Source: Antedon mediterranea (taxonomy: Eukaryota; Animalia; Echinodermata). From it: a stretch of DNA of 64,000 nt. The DNA lies in the NCBI RefSeq assembly GCF_964355755.1, contig NC_092671.1, positions 3,906,001 to 3,970,000 of the forward strand. The letters run 5' to 3'. Below the pieces are notes generated by a model that saw only the letters and a program-made list of their open reading frames with translations, was not told where the DNA came from and did no database searches. The position numbers and the translations under genes are program-made. Below, in pieces: positions 51,087-64,000 of this stretch (its first letter is position 1; each line of letters starts with the position of its first letter).

Positions 51087-51245
51087 AGCCGATTTTCCAC
51101 TAGGCGAATTTGTTCGAGCGAATCGAATGCGTCAGGTTATACGCATGTGTAGATAGGGATTTGGAAGATGGAAACATGAATACGCATGCGTATAAGCTAA
51201 CGCTTTCGATTCGCGCTAACAAATTCGCCTAGTGGAAAATCAGCT
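51087..51245. mobile_element. Palindromic Harbinger-type MITE (family C) inserted in a family-B remnant
   Basis: TIR AGC(C/T)GATTTTCCACTAGGCGAATTTGTT; TTA TSD on both sides; near-complete hairpin. Confidence 0.85.
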
Positions 51246-53389
51246 TTAGCGTTGATTACGTCCAGATTATACAGATCAAAACAAATGTTTCCAAGTCAAA
51301 ACATTCTTATAATGTATCATTTATTTTAAATTTCGCATTTCCAAACTTAACATCACACTATACTCACAGATAATTAGAATACCATTTTTTCTTTATAAAA
51401 ATCTAAATAATTAACATTTAAAAACCATTTATTTTATAATAATTTTCTTGAATCGAATCAACTAAAGGTTGGACAAAATGAAACGTATACGCATTGAAAA
51501 AAATCTACTTTACTATAGAACAAATGTAATGACAAAATTAGTTATCAATATGTGTAATTCCTTTAACTATACTAGTGTGGAGCTTTCGTTTCCAAACCAC
51601 ATTACTAGCAAGCTGTCGAGTATAAAAGTCATTCTGGCCATGCTGTTTCTGAGCTTATGCAACCTGACTTGTGAAAGAAAGGAATTCTGCAAAGCCATCA
51701 GGACACTTGATATATCAAATTCACGGTTTATGGTGCAAAATTAATGTCATATTTTTTTACGTTCAAAGACACAGAATTGACACGCGCTTACAACAATATC
51801 TACTACTGTACTACTAACAACGTTGGTATGCGCGCGCGTACAAAATGTCTATGTATTTGGTAGACACGCGCGTACAAACATGGTTACTGTACGCTGATTT
51901 AAGCACGACAAGCGTTGTGTTCGTGATGATATCTCTGATGATTTATGTACTATTTTCTATTAAAGTAATTAATTACAAAATATGCCTATATTACACATTT
52001 TATACATCTACCACGCATTATCATTATACATGTATATTTATTTAACATTATACTTACATAATTTCAAGTAGAAAGATATTAAAATTTACATCTATTATTA
52101 TTGTCTAATAATTATTATTACATCAAGATAAAACTGAAGCATGTATCTAAATAATTAATTATAATTTAGTAAGAAATGTGTTTGCATACAATAAACACCC
52201 GCTTAAAACTCTAACTAAGAATTCAATGTACAGTATATATATATATGTATATATCATTATGATGTATTACTATTAATATATTGCTTTGAATCGAGATTAT
52301 TTAACAATTTATTTTTAGACTGCTAAATTACATCATCGATACGACGATGTAAGCTACAAGAAAACATTTAAAACCTGATTGTTCATATGAGCCATTTTTA
52401 TAACTTTGTTGTAATCTTTACTGCGCATGCGTTAAGAGTAATCTGCATGAGTGAGTTTTTAACCGAATCAATTTTACCGGTTAGTATCATTTTACTTCAA
52501 CACCCATTTCCACTTTGTCCAGAAGAAATAAATGCGTACAATAGATCTTAGTATTAACTTTAACTTTAGTAACTGAAACAAGTTAATCAATTGAGTTAAA
52601 CAAACTCAATCGCAGAAGAAATTAGTATGTAGGTTTGGGTATAACAATCTTTATAACGACTTTAGTGACTAAATTCACCAATTGGGTTAAAAATTCAAGC
52701 GCAGAACAAATTAATAGTAGGCATACTAATCTGCAACTTCAATGACATGAGATTGTCTCCAAGGTACATAAGTTGAAGTTGAAATTATATTGTCCTAAAG
52801 CATATTTTCTCAAACTCAATATATTACACTAATATAAATGCCTACAATATATACATTACAATTTTGTGTATAAAAATGCAAATATTTCTAATATTTCATG
52901 CCGATCGTTTATCTCTGGAGGTTTTGTCAATTCAAGTTAAAGAGTATACCAATATAATAATTATTTTTTCGCGTTTATTCCACCAGTCATTTGTCTATTT
53001 CAGTTTATTAATGTTGTAACTTGGACAGGATCTCGCTGAACATAAAACTACTAACTTAATTATGAACTTTTTCCATTATTGAGAGGGTACGTAAATCAAA
53101 ATGTTGCTGTATCCTAACATATGATCACATATTCTTATATTATTTGCTTTGTGAAGATTGACGACCAATATTAATTATTGGAGATGCGTACATCTGCTTT
53201 TCAGGTGACTATACAATTGGATAATTTTCCAGAAGATCATCTTAAACTAAAACACTGTATCATACCACATAGTTCTACATGTAATTGTAAAACGTTCTGA
53301 TGGTAGAGGCCTAATCAATTTCTAAGAAGCTAAAAACTGCAGGAACGAAAAATATGATATTCCTTTCATGTATTCATTGGAATTACGAA

Positions 53390-53935
53390 GGAATATATAC
53401 GTGACCAATAATTATTGGATCTATGAACAAAAATAGTTAATTTAAAGCTAAAACTATTGAAAAACATGTAGGGACAAAACAAAATGCGTGTCCATTATCA
53501 AACAGATATTGATATTCATTGAGTTGCATACGTACATACATATTCCAACATTTTTATAAATCAATACACGTGACTATAGGCCTAAGGATTTGATCTATGG
53601 ACAAAATAGTTAAATCTTAAAGCTAAAAACTATTTTAAAAACATGTAGCAACATAACAAATTGATGACATTATCAAACAGATATTGATATGCATAGAGTT
53701 GCATACGTACATACATACCATCAGGATCGATTTGATCTAGGAACAAAATAGTTAAATCTTAAAACTATTTTTTGCAATTTTTTATAACATGCAAACGGAT
53801 GTCATTATCAAGCAGATATTGATATTCATAGAAAATGCTTGTATCTTATTCCTTGCATGCATGCATACGTATTGAAACATTTCACAAAGAAATATACGTG
53901 ATCATAAGCATTGGAACTATAAGAACAAAATAAAT
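53390..53935. repeat. Degenerate tandem repeat, about 140-170-bp unit, 3-4 copies
   Basis: Recurring GATCTA.GAACAAAATAGTTAA...AAAACTATT and CATTATCAA.CAGATATTGATAT...GTTGCATACGTACATACA. Confidence 0.75.
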
Positions 53936-54583
53936 AACACGGTAATTCTGTAAAGAACGACTACACACAAAAATGCATGTCATTTAAGCTAGCTAAATTG
54001 CTTATTTGAATAGATCCATTAATATCAGTACTTCAAATACCGGCATCTATTAATCTAAGTTTAAGAAATATGTCATTATGTATTAAAACCACATTTGAAT
54101 AATTACTGAATTTCTAATTATGTCTAAGCAGAGAACGTGAACAAATAGTAATCATGACATTGCAAGATTTCCATAAATAAACATATTTTACTGTGGAAAG
54201 TAGTTAATATTTGAAAGACTTTTGGAACCATGTTTTATCAGTCCCGTGTTGTATTGCTTTTGAATAATTTTTTCCATTCACTCCATCAAAAGTACGGTTC
54301 TCACGTGTGTTATCGTTTTTTAAATTCCTCCATCCGAAACACAATCTTACACACACAACTTCATAGATGCGGTACATTTCAGCGACATTTCTTGATCATA
54401 CGGTATCCACATATTCCATCGTATATGATAAAACAGTTTTTCTTCTTCTTACTACGTTTTTCCAAAACTTCTCAGTAAACAAAACTGATCACAAAGGCGA
54501 CTCATTGGTGTATGAAACGTCATAATATGGAACGATCTTTCGTTCGCAAAGATTATCGTACCAGCTTCATCAACATCTTGGTT

Positions 54584-56256
54584 TTACCTCCGAATCAGCA
54601 GCAAACTAAAAAATCCTAACATAACGATTAATAGTAAATTGCAAGAAGTTCGTTGACTATCGCTTGTAGACTTAAAACAATTTGTTTCACAACAAGTTAC
54701 ACACATATCACTGTCATTTTGTATGTTACATTTGTCATTGTCCCTTTCAAGTTCTGCATATCCGTTTGTCAAAGGTTTATCACAAAATTTGTTGACGTTG
54801 ATTACATTATCCACCACTATGGAAAAATCGGAAAAACACATTTTAAGTATACAAATCAAACACATTAAAATGTATCCAAATTTCATCTAGGCCTTCATGC
54901 AATATTATTTACCAACTTGACAATGGTCTATGTTGCTGTCATGTTCAATCTTATATTGTTCAATACGAAAACTCTTGATTAAATATCCCGAAACACTTAT
55001 TGAGATCATGTAACTTTCAAGAATGACTACAGCTAGGCTGCTACACATTAGAACGGAAACTATCGAAGATAAATAGATAAACAAACATTTTTCTTACATA
55101 AAACTTTTCTAATTTCTTTTGTTTTACGTAAGAAAAATATATGTTTATGTATTCATCGTCGTTCGTTAGACTTATGTCTTGGCATTTGGTTGATAAGAGA
55201 GCCGAACTGTTACATATTAAGCTATGTCAACACTATCAAACTAGACAAAAAGTGTGATGTACCGAATATGTTAGCGATATGACATCATATCATGTCAATA
55301 CATTAGCACACATTTTTTGTCACATAAAGTTTGATAGAGTAGACAGGGCTTAAAAACCCTGAAACTCACCGTTAGCTGAAATTTCACAATTTGTGGAATC
55401 TCCACAATCGTCAAACTTGTACTTTTGTATTGGTGTCATCGGAGGTGGAATGGGAAAATCTCCTAAAGCCCCGTCATTGCACCCAGAACCAGTGCAGCAA
55501 CTTATGCACCTAACACCGTCGGCTGTGACGTCACAGTACGTTTCATTGGTGTCGATAAAATCCGGTGGACAGTGACTTTTGGCGTCGCATTGTTTGGCAA
55601 TTTTTAGTGGATTGTATAAATTACCTAAAATGATAAAAACTAATTTTCATTACTGATATTTCAAAAGTAATTTGTGACTTTTCTTAGTTAGTGAGTATGA
55701 AATGTTACATACTTTTGATTATTCAATTGTAAATGTTTTTCCCTAAATTGTATGCACAGCGCTTAGAGGTTTTAAGATATTATATTCTTTATAAATCTAG
55801 GAGTTTAAGCAAACAATATCCGATATTGTAAGAATAAGTAATATAAACGTACCGTCCCATGTGGCCACAATTGCACATACATCCTGGTCGTTAAAACACG
55901 TTATTAGAGGTGCTTTTGAACAGTCATCACACTTGGAACATGAATAGCATTGAATGGGATTTGTGTTTCCTGTTTATACAAAAAGTAGTATGTTTTACCA
56001 AGATTCAAATATACGCATAAAAGGTTAAGTTATTAATTAAAAATGGGCTAACGTTCAAATTATGCGTCACAAACAGTACTAACGTATTGTTTCTACCCCG
56101 GGGCGCTTGCTCGTTTGAATGTTCTCTCTAATGAGTTCATTAATGTCTTTGTGGAATGCATGCGTCTGAAAAAATCTAGCTCTCAACTAAACTAAACATC
56201 AGAAATTTACAATTCTTACCAGTTAGTAACAATACTGAAATAAAAACGAGAAAATC
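54584..56256 (-). CDS. GPI-anchored Ly6/uPAR (three-finger) protein; exons 56256-56220, 55969-55853, 55624-55370, 54816-54584; start-codon exon not securely located (candidate 58851-58843)
   Basis: DFLVFISVLLLTG-NTNPIQCYSCSKCDDCSKAPLITCFNDQDVCAIV...AKQCDAKSHC...YC...RCISCCTGSGCN (canonical CCxxxxCN). Second degenerate domain ends CVTCCETNCF, followed by the hydrophobic GPI-like tail LLLIVMLGFFSLLLIRR*. Phase-1 GT-AG junctions. Confidence 0.82.
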
Positions 56257-57114
56257 CTACGAAAGTTGAAAAAAGGAACCAAATCATAATATCATAATTC
56301 GTTAAAAAATGTTTTCTTTTATTTTTTTTTATTTTCTCTTCTAAATGACACTACTATACCATTGAGATTTGAAATAAATGATAATGTTCTGTCCTTCAAA
56401 ACAGGGAAATAATCTTCAATAGAGCATTTTGTAGTTTAATTTTTTTTCATGGGTAAGCCTATATTTAATCAGAACCTCGTTTATTTAAACACAATGTTCC
56501 TACAGTTATACTATCTTTTTTTTTCAATCAAGGTTTGTTTTTGGTCAAAGTCAATTATAATTCTTGAAGTCATCAGTCATCGCGCGTCCTGTGTTCGGAA
56601 CTGCGTTTTTTTTTTTAGTTTTGCAAGTATGTGTACAGGCCCGTGTGTATGTAATAATAATATTATGTGACATAGTGACAATGGCCTTTCAACCAAAAAT
56701 AATCTTAAATTGTCAGGGAGACATAATCTTTAAATTATTATTCCAAATTATACCTGTATGTACGTTTAAGTGGCTTACATATGTGTGTTGAACTAGTGAA
56801 TTAAGTACCCGTATACGTTTACAGTTTTGACTCAATTCGACATCGCCTATGATGTGACTAACACCTTACAGATTTCTGTTAAGCAAGGTTTCAATAAAGT
56901 TGCATTTGAGTAAATATCCTGCAGGTTAAAGTGTGATCGAACGCAAATCAATAACCCGTTATTGAGACTAATTAGTTTATTTAATTCAGCAGACGCGTTA
57001 TGGACGCACAGTGCAAATGGAAACCTTCTAAGTATACAACTTTAGTAATCAATAACGTTGCAAGGCGTCCTCATCAATTGTGTACGCGGAAAGTTAATTC
57101 CGATACGACTCTAA

Positions 57115-57274
57115 AGCTCTGTTTACACTATCAAACTAGTTTGACAAAAAAGGTGTGATGTGCCCAAGTATGGTAGTGATAGTTCCAAATACGGTAGTGA
57201 TATGACATCATCATGTCCATATATGGGCACATTACATTTTTTGTCACATCAAGTTTGATAGTGTAGACAGAGCT
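57115..57274. mobile_element. Palindromic Harbinger/Tourist-type MITE (family A); other copies at about 6530-6655, 13499-13645, 23704-23800, 47855-47937, 55218-55352, 57409-57508, 57755-57857, 58240-58368
   Basis: TIR AGCTCTGT(C/T)TACACTATCAAACT; TAA on both flanks; internal TGTGATGTGCCCAAATATGGTAGTGATATG. Confidence 0.88.
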
Positions 57275-60200
57275 TAAGTAAATCAAAACGAACTCGTATA
57301 AACGATTTTGCATAATTATGTTCTACTATATAGAAATGTAGTATGGTTTAAGGTGATTTATGGACTCACTATCGAAATAACCTGAAGCTTCAATCGAATA
57401 CACTGTATTAAGTTCTGTCTACACTATCAAACTAGTTATATGATGTGCCCAAATATGATAAATGAGAACATCACATTTTGTTGTCACAAAGTTTGATAGT
57501 GTAGACAATCATAAAATGGTCCTAAATGAAAGAGGCAAAAAACATGAAAGTAAAATAAATTGGAAATAAAAGAGGGCCGAGCAGTGACCCTTAAGGAAAT
57601 ACCAAAGGAAATGGGCTTAAGTTCATAAGCAATAGTAATAGGCCTAATTTCTGATATAAGTATACGTTTCTATGAATTACAAAACAGATTATTTGTTTTA
57701 TAACACATCACTGTGATTTTATATGTTATACGCTTAAAAATATGAGGTGTCTTAAGCTCTGTCTACACTATCAAACTAGTTTGACAAACAAGTGTGATGT
57801 TCCCAAATATGGTAGTGATATGCCCAAATATGGTAGTTTGATAGTGTAGACAGAGCTTAAGAGTTCAACTCTCGATGTTTCCACTCAAAGTTGATGATGT
57901 AAAAGGACATTCTTTAAGTTTGGATAGTTGTGGTGGTCATAATTGAATTGATAACAAATCGATCAATGCTATTAATGAAGAATTATTAGGTGCGTATAAT
58001 TGATACACCTCAATACAATTGACAATTACGATCGATATTTGTCGATAAAATCGATCAAAATGATTGTATAATCTAGCGATGCTATAATGGTCAATAAATG
58101 CCGACACTTCATATTGATTGGAGTTTACTATTAATATGAATGGGGAACCTTGACAATTCGTACACGTTCCTGACATACAAGAGGCAGCCATCTGAACCAA
58201 CCTATGTGGACAGATACAATGTGAACTTTTCTTTGATAATACGGGCACTTCATGTGACAACAACAATGTGATGTGCCCATATATGGCCACGGTGACGTCA
58301 TATTACTACCATATTTGGGCACATCACATTTTGTTGTCACATGAAGTTTGATAGTGTGGACAGAGCTTCAATGTTGCTTCTGATTCATATAATACTGTGG
58401 GTCATATAAAGTTAATGGATATCAGAGAAAAAAAATTAAGCTTTTCTTAGTACTTAATGACTTAGGTTACACGACTGATACAAAACTGTAGGCCATAATG
58501 TGTCATGTAAAATTAATAAACCACAAATCAAAATCCTAAGCATCTAACTAACCTATAAACTAGTTAAATTATACATTACATTATACAGTTCTAGGCATTA
58601 CGATCAAACAGCAGAACCCCTATTACATTCACCGAAGTTTCCCCTTAATCTAGGTAAATCGATTGGTTGTCTTATAATGATAATAATTTAATTATTAACT
58701 CTCGTTGTTTCAGTTGAAGAGGTGTCGCAATGAAGAGTTTTATTGAATTTATCAAATGTATGTGCAGTTCCTCCTAAAACACAGAACTAGTTTGATTTAG
58801 TTGCCTTATCATATCTGTCCACATTTTATTAAAAATATCTACCGTTATCATGGAGGAGTTGGCAGTGTTGCCTACGCATTATATCAATCTGCAAAATTGA
58901 GGTCATCACCCGTACTGTATCTTAATTTGTCAGTTTCTTAGGAAAGTTCCGACAACGTCACATGTTACAACTGTGTACGAGAGAGGTCTAGATCTGGTTA
59001 AAACAGTATCACCGTGCGACTTATGTCTTTAGGAATGTGCCTATGGCACTATGCAGATTATGACATTTGCCTAAATACATTAGTAGCAGAATCGGTTTGT
59101 AGATATAGCAGTATTAATATTATTATTGATATATGCATTCATTTTACTTAATGTTCATATCATAACTTATTTACATATCTTTAATATATTCTGATGCATA
59201 TATTATAGAAGAAATATCCGCGGTAATACAAACCACTACACTAGATTTGGAATTGCTAGAAAATCAAAAATTCACAAACTCGAAATGAGAGCCACGATGT
59301 GACAACTCGTAATGCCACATTTGGGAACAACATTACTTCCTAAATGTTGATCATGGCGCGCTGCTTAAAGATGTCGTCTGCCACTGGAGACTTCTCTGGT
59401 ATGAATCAATACGATTCATAAAATCTGATGGAATAGATGACTGACTTGGGAACATACATACTGAAATGCATTCTGTAACGAGGAGTATTAAACCGAACAA
59501 TTTATAGAGAGACGAGACATTCTGTTTTTAAATGACCCTTTACATCCACTAAATACTCTATGAATACATTAGCTAGAATTCTCATAAAAATGACAGATGC
59601 AGAAACTTTTTGTTCCGAATAACATTATGTATTACGATCTACGTGTTCATTGATTAACATTAACAACAACATTCGATTATTACGGATAGAATAAATACAT
59701 TACAACAATGAAGCTATCAAGTCTTACTTGCCCGATAGTCCGATGTTCTTACTTTAGTGTGTATTTTAAACCACTTATTGTTTTTTTAGAAAAGTTTTAG
59801 TACAGTATATACTCATTACTAGTATCCAAAGTTATACATATGCTTTACTTGTATTGATAATTTATTAGCAGAAGTAACTCGCGCTCGTTCAATACAGCTT
59901 TGTACGCGCGTCCAGTTTGTGTCATCAAATTTTAATATTGAACATCTTAACTCGGCGTTTAATCTTTGATATTTAATATAACATTATGTTATTTCTTATA
60001 TACATTATAAATGTTATTGTAAATACTTTTAATGTCATACAACTCAATATCAGTTTACAACCTTTTATCAACAAAATGACGAAGTAACTCTCGGGTCCAT
60101 TTTATAGTCGTCACAGATTGACTTCTTTCTCAGTACATTTGGTAACCAGTTGGTGACATGAAAACTAATATCAATTAGTCATTCGGGATATTTATCTCAC

Positions 60201-62189
60201 GCCTATAGCGTGTATACGTATACCAACTGCGATTTTATAGAACCATGTTGTATCCGCACTCAATGACAATTTTCTGAAGTTTTTACGTTCATTCCAACCT
60301 CAATTTGTTTTGGCGATTTTATCATGAATGTTCCTATAAAAGTGTGTTCTTACACAATCCGTCATAGTATAGTGTAATAATTCTGTCTCGTATAATTGAC
60401 TGCTTTAAGATCCTCATTAGCTACGAATTCCGTATAAATAAATTAAAATGACCTCAGTATCGATTGCTAGTACTCAACGTTGCAATAAGAGCATGGTTTT
60501 ACGAAACAATGGACATATTCAATTAAGTAAATTGATGCAAAATACCCTTATAGAATGTTCAGATATATGAAGAGTAGTACTTTAATCTAAAGGAACTGTC
60601 ATTAACTTGACTCATTCATGCATGATATTTCAGAAATTACAATAATTTATAAATTGTTTAAAATAATAACATATCAAGATAATTGATAATGGCTGTATAA
60701 TAATGATTACAAAATAGCATAAATATTATTTCGTTTGAAAGGAATTATTTACCAATTATTAGACTAGGCGTAGATTACACCATAAATCAGCATGTACTGA
60801 CTATGTCATGACTTAACCAATTACTTTACTTTTGTTTAGCACGCATGCGCAATTTTCTTAACCACGTACAAAGGCAACCGCGACATTAGCGCGTACCAGA
60901 CTACGCGCTATAGAACGTACCAAGACAGTGTGACGGTTCAATGTTATTTTAGCACACTTTTCTAAATGGGAGGAAGCAGCCTAGCATATATTTCTTTTTC
61001 GTCTAAAGATTTTGATAAATATTCGCTAAAAATGTCCATCTCAAATTCCATAATGTGTTTTTCCTGGAATTGGTGTCGATACTGCACTTGGAGATTTGTT
61101 TTAAGTGCACATTTCGTTTATGACGATCGTAATGATTTCCTTCACGTGACCTGAGCAGGCGTTACAAATCCATAGTGGTAAAAATCACATAATTACGATG
61201 TCTTGATATTAGTATTTGGCAGACGATGTGTTGTATATCATATTAGATATGAATAAGTAATTTAGATTTATTTTCATAATGAAAAAATACAGCAACACTA
61301 ACAATAATAGACAAAATAATAATGATAATAACATTATTAGTATTTCCATCAACATACGTTCACTTAATAACAATTCAGAAAAACAAAACAGAGGTTTGTT
61401 AACTTAAGTCAATTATTTTGCTTAGGTCAGCTTTCACAAATGTTTACTGGTTTTTTTCCTTAAATCTTATATGACAAAGTGGTTCATTCCATAAGATAAA
61501 AGGAACTTTTACTTTATTAATTTCGGCCAACACATTTATACAAACATTCAGCTTTATTGCGCCAAGGAATGGCAAAAGAGGCAACAGCTTCTGTCGCCAA
61601 TTAGGCGTGCCACTTCAACCAACAAAGCTAAAACGTACTAAAATGAATAGATAAAGCCTCAGTTTTCACTTAGGTACTTCTTAACTATTTTGACTAAAGC
61701 AAACATATTAATAAAATGCCAGCCCAGGACTACTATGCGTCAATACTAAGCATCATGTCGCCGTCCTCTTACGAACCTGTTTTCGTAAACTCATTAATAG
61801 TAGGTCTAGTAGTTAGCAGAAAACGGAGAAGTAAAATAAGAGCGAAAAGAAGATTAAGGTTAGATAACGTATCAAATTGTGAAGACTAATTTCTCGGGCA
61901 TTGGATTATTGTGACAGAATAACTAAGCTGTCATCCGCCTCTGCCTAGAGTAGTTGCGTTCTTATTGATTTAGATGCAAGATAATGACCCCAATTTAAGT
62001 ATGTCACAGAAAGCTCGTATACAGCTCAGGTGGATAAGACATCCAGCCAGGCTGTCAAAGTGTGTATCAGACTGATAAAAATGGCTTGCAAACATGTTTC
62101 ATAATCCCATTCTATGAAATACTATCAGCATATTATTTTGTTTATGCGAAAGCGAGATGGTCAAGACAAAACCAACGCTGTGATAATTA

Positions 62190-62432
62190 TGAATTAGACC
62201 TAAGTTAGGAATGAAAATCAGGTAATAAATGTGTCAAAAATTATATAAAAATGGAGAAAATCTAACGGGTGCATAATTGAATGTAATAATGTATTATGGT
62301 AATGGTAGCGAAAGCTAGATAGTGAAGAAAAAACTCAAGCTGTGGTAATAATTAAATTAGACCTTTCGTTAGTTTAATTAGAAATGAAAATCAGGTAATA
62401 ACTATAGTGGAAAAAATGGAGAAAATCTAACC
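62190..62432. repeat. Local imperfect tandem duplication, period about 165-175 bp
   Basis: AATTAGACCT...AATGAAAATCAGGTAATAA...AAAAATGGAGAAAATCTAAC occurs twice. Confidence 0.65.
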
Positions 62433-64000
62433 GGAATACGGACAATTTCATATTATTGATTATTACAATTAGACAACAATTAGAATGACGACTAGAAGTG
62501 CAACATATTCTCTATCATGTTACGTAACACAATTCATTATTACCTATCATAGGAATAACCAAGATTGGAAAACTGTTTTACGTTTGAGCAGAGACGTAAC
62601 ATAACATAACATGAATATCTATAATTTCAACAAGTACTTATAAAGTTGTTTTCAAATATGTCAAATTGTTATCTTAATTTGGCGATATCCTGAACGTTAA
62701 ATGAATTTTCTTAAACAGTTTAAAATGCTAATTGTGTTTATTAAATCTACTAGACACAATCAGGTTTGTGCCCTTTAATACTAGACCTTTCACATTATGA
62801 TATATTGTACTGCTTTTAGTTGAACTTAATTAAATGCATGAGCGTCGACGAGGCAGCATTTTTTTTCAACGTAAAAAAATGATGCCTTATCGAAGTAGAG
62901 TGACTACTGAATCATTACGTATAGTTTATAGGTAATTTACGTCCTTTATACCAATAGATTCATCACACTAAGTTGTAACAAATGAACGCGTTTTTCAAGA
63001 CGGATTATAATATTGATTAAATCGTTATAAATCAAAGTACACGTTAACAAAACTCATTTATGCAATTTTGATTGAACCTATATTTTTTTACATGGTTGAA
63101 TTAGTTTTATCTTCAAGTTTTTTCTTTTAGTTGAATGAATCGAAGTTTGAGCCGGGGGCATTTAACTTTAATCATCGTATCATCTGAAGTTGCGTTTAAA
63201 CTAAATGATTTGCGTCATTTTGCGAAGTAAGGTTCCGTGATACAGCGGTTTATGTTTGTCACATGTTACAAACTGTATCATAAGGAATTATTTGATGGTT
63301 AAAGTAAAAGCAATATTACAAGTGATACTGTATTTAGAATTTGTCTATACTCTACTAATCTACTCTACTAGTGCAATCAGACAGGAAATCTTACCATTTG
63401 ATGTGTCGGTCCATAATAGAACCAAACTCACACTCCACATCCAGAACATATCTACTGGTTTGTATATCTCACTTCACTAGCCTTCACTATAAGTGGAAAT
63501 AACAAAGCAACAATAGTATCAACATTTTTATAGCATTTTATAACAGAAAGTAAATCGATATAGAAAGTTTAATGTATTATTTAAGGAATTTGTCGTTGAG
63601 ATGGAGAAAGAAGAGAAAAATATGTGATATGATGACAATGAACCTTTGTTGAAAATGATATTTATGAAAATCCAAGGAGAAGATGTTAATAGCGTTAACA
63701 AAAATTAGCTTAACTAGGTGCGGTTATTCTAAGAGTTCGAATCATTCCATTTCTTTTTTTTTAATAAACTCAAGATTTATAGGCGGATTACGTCAACAAT
63801 AGTGTCTACCTTTTATTTATATAATAAACCACTAAGCAAATAAATCACTATCGACATTAATCAGCTGATCACAAGAATATTGAATTAAAGAATTTACCAA
63901 TGAATAAAACATTGCCCAGTTTCAAGTAAATGTTGTATTTATATATAGATTGTAACCAGATTGTCTAAATGCGCTTAGAAATAGTCAGATACTATAAAAA

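Noticed and set aside
54817-54886. Apparent signal peptide making 54584-54886 a stand-alone GPI protein
   Set aside because: The hydrophobic N-terminus overlaps the pyrimidine tract and acceptor at 54817, which is phase-compatible with the upstream Ly6 exon.
59000-64000. Short ORFs (60966-61154, 63256-63480)
   Set aside because: No motifs or convincing splice chain; treated as non-coding.

Overview
AT-rich, intron-containing animal DNA, most likely an invertebrate and plausibly a deuterostome/echinoderm (inference from gene set and TE families). I reconstructed spliced genes by hand from GT-AG junctions. Left third: 5' part of CIP2A (-), head-to-head with METTL25 (+), which is tail-to-tail with EXT2 (-), plus two convergent tRNA genes flanking the putative EXT2 promoter. 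One is a canonical tRNA-Ser(CGA); the other has the same Ser body but a UAA (Leu) anticodon. Middle: a nested Mutator/foldback element, then a 9-exon, 590-aa type-I membrane receptor whose ectodomain motifs resemble class II (interferon/IL-10/tissue-factor-type) helical cytokine receptors and whose intron phases (1-2-1-0-1) are the helical-cytokine-receptor pattern. Next come an 87-aa soluble amisyn/tomosyn-like R-SNARE mini-gene, an uncharacterised 189-aa gene carrying a relic of that SNARE exon, and a 5.2-kb nested palindromic DNA-transposon complex with PIN-like/CXC gene remnants. Right third: mostly non-coding, with Harbinger-type MITEs and a GPI-anchored Ly6/uPAR gene. Most supplied short ORFs are spurious. 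All homology calls are from memory of protein families, not database searches.
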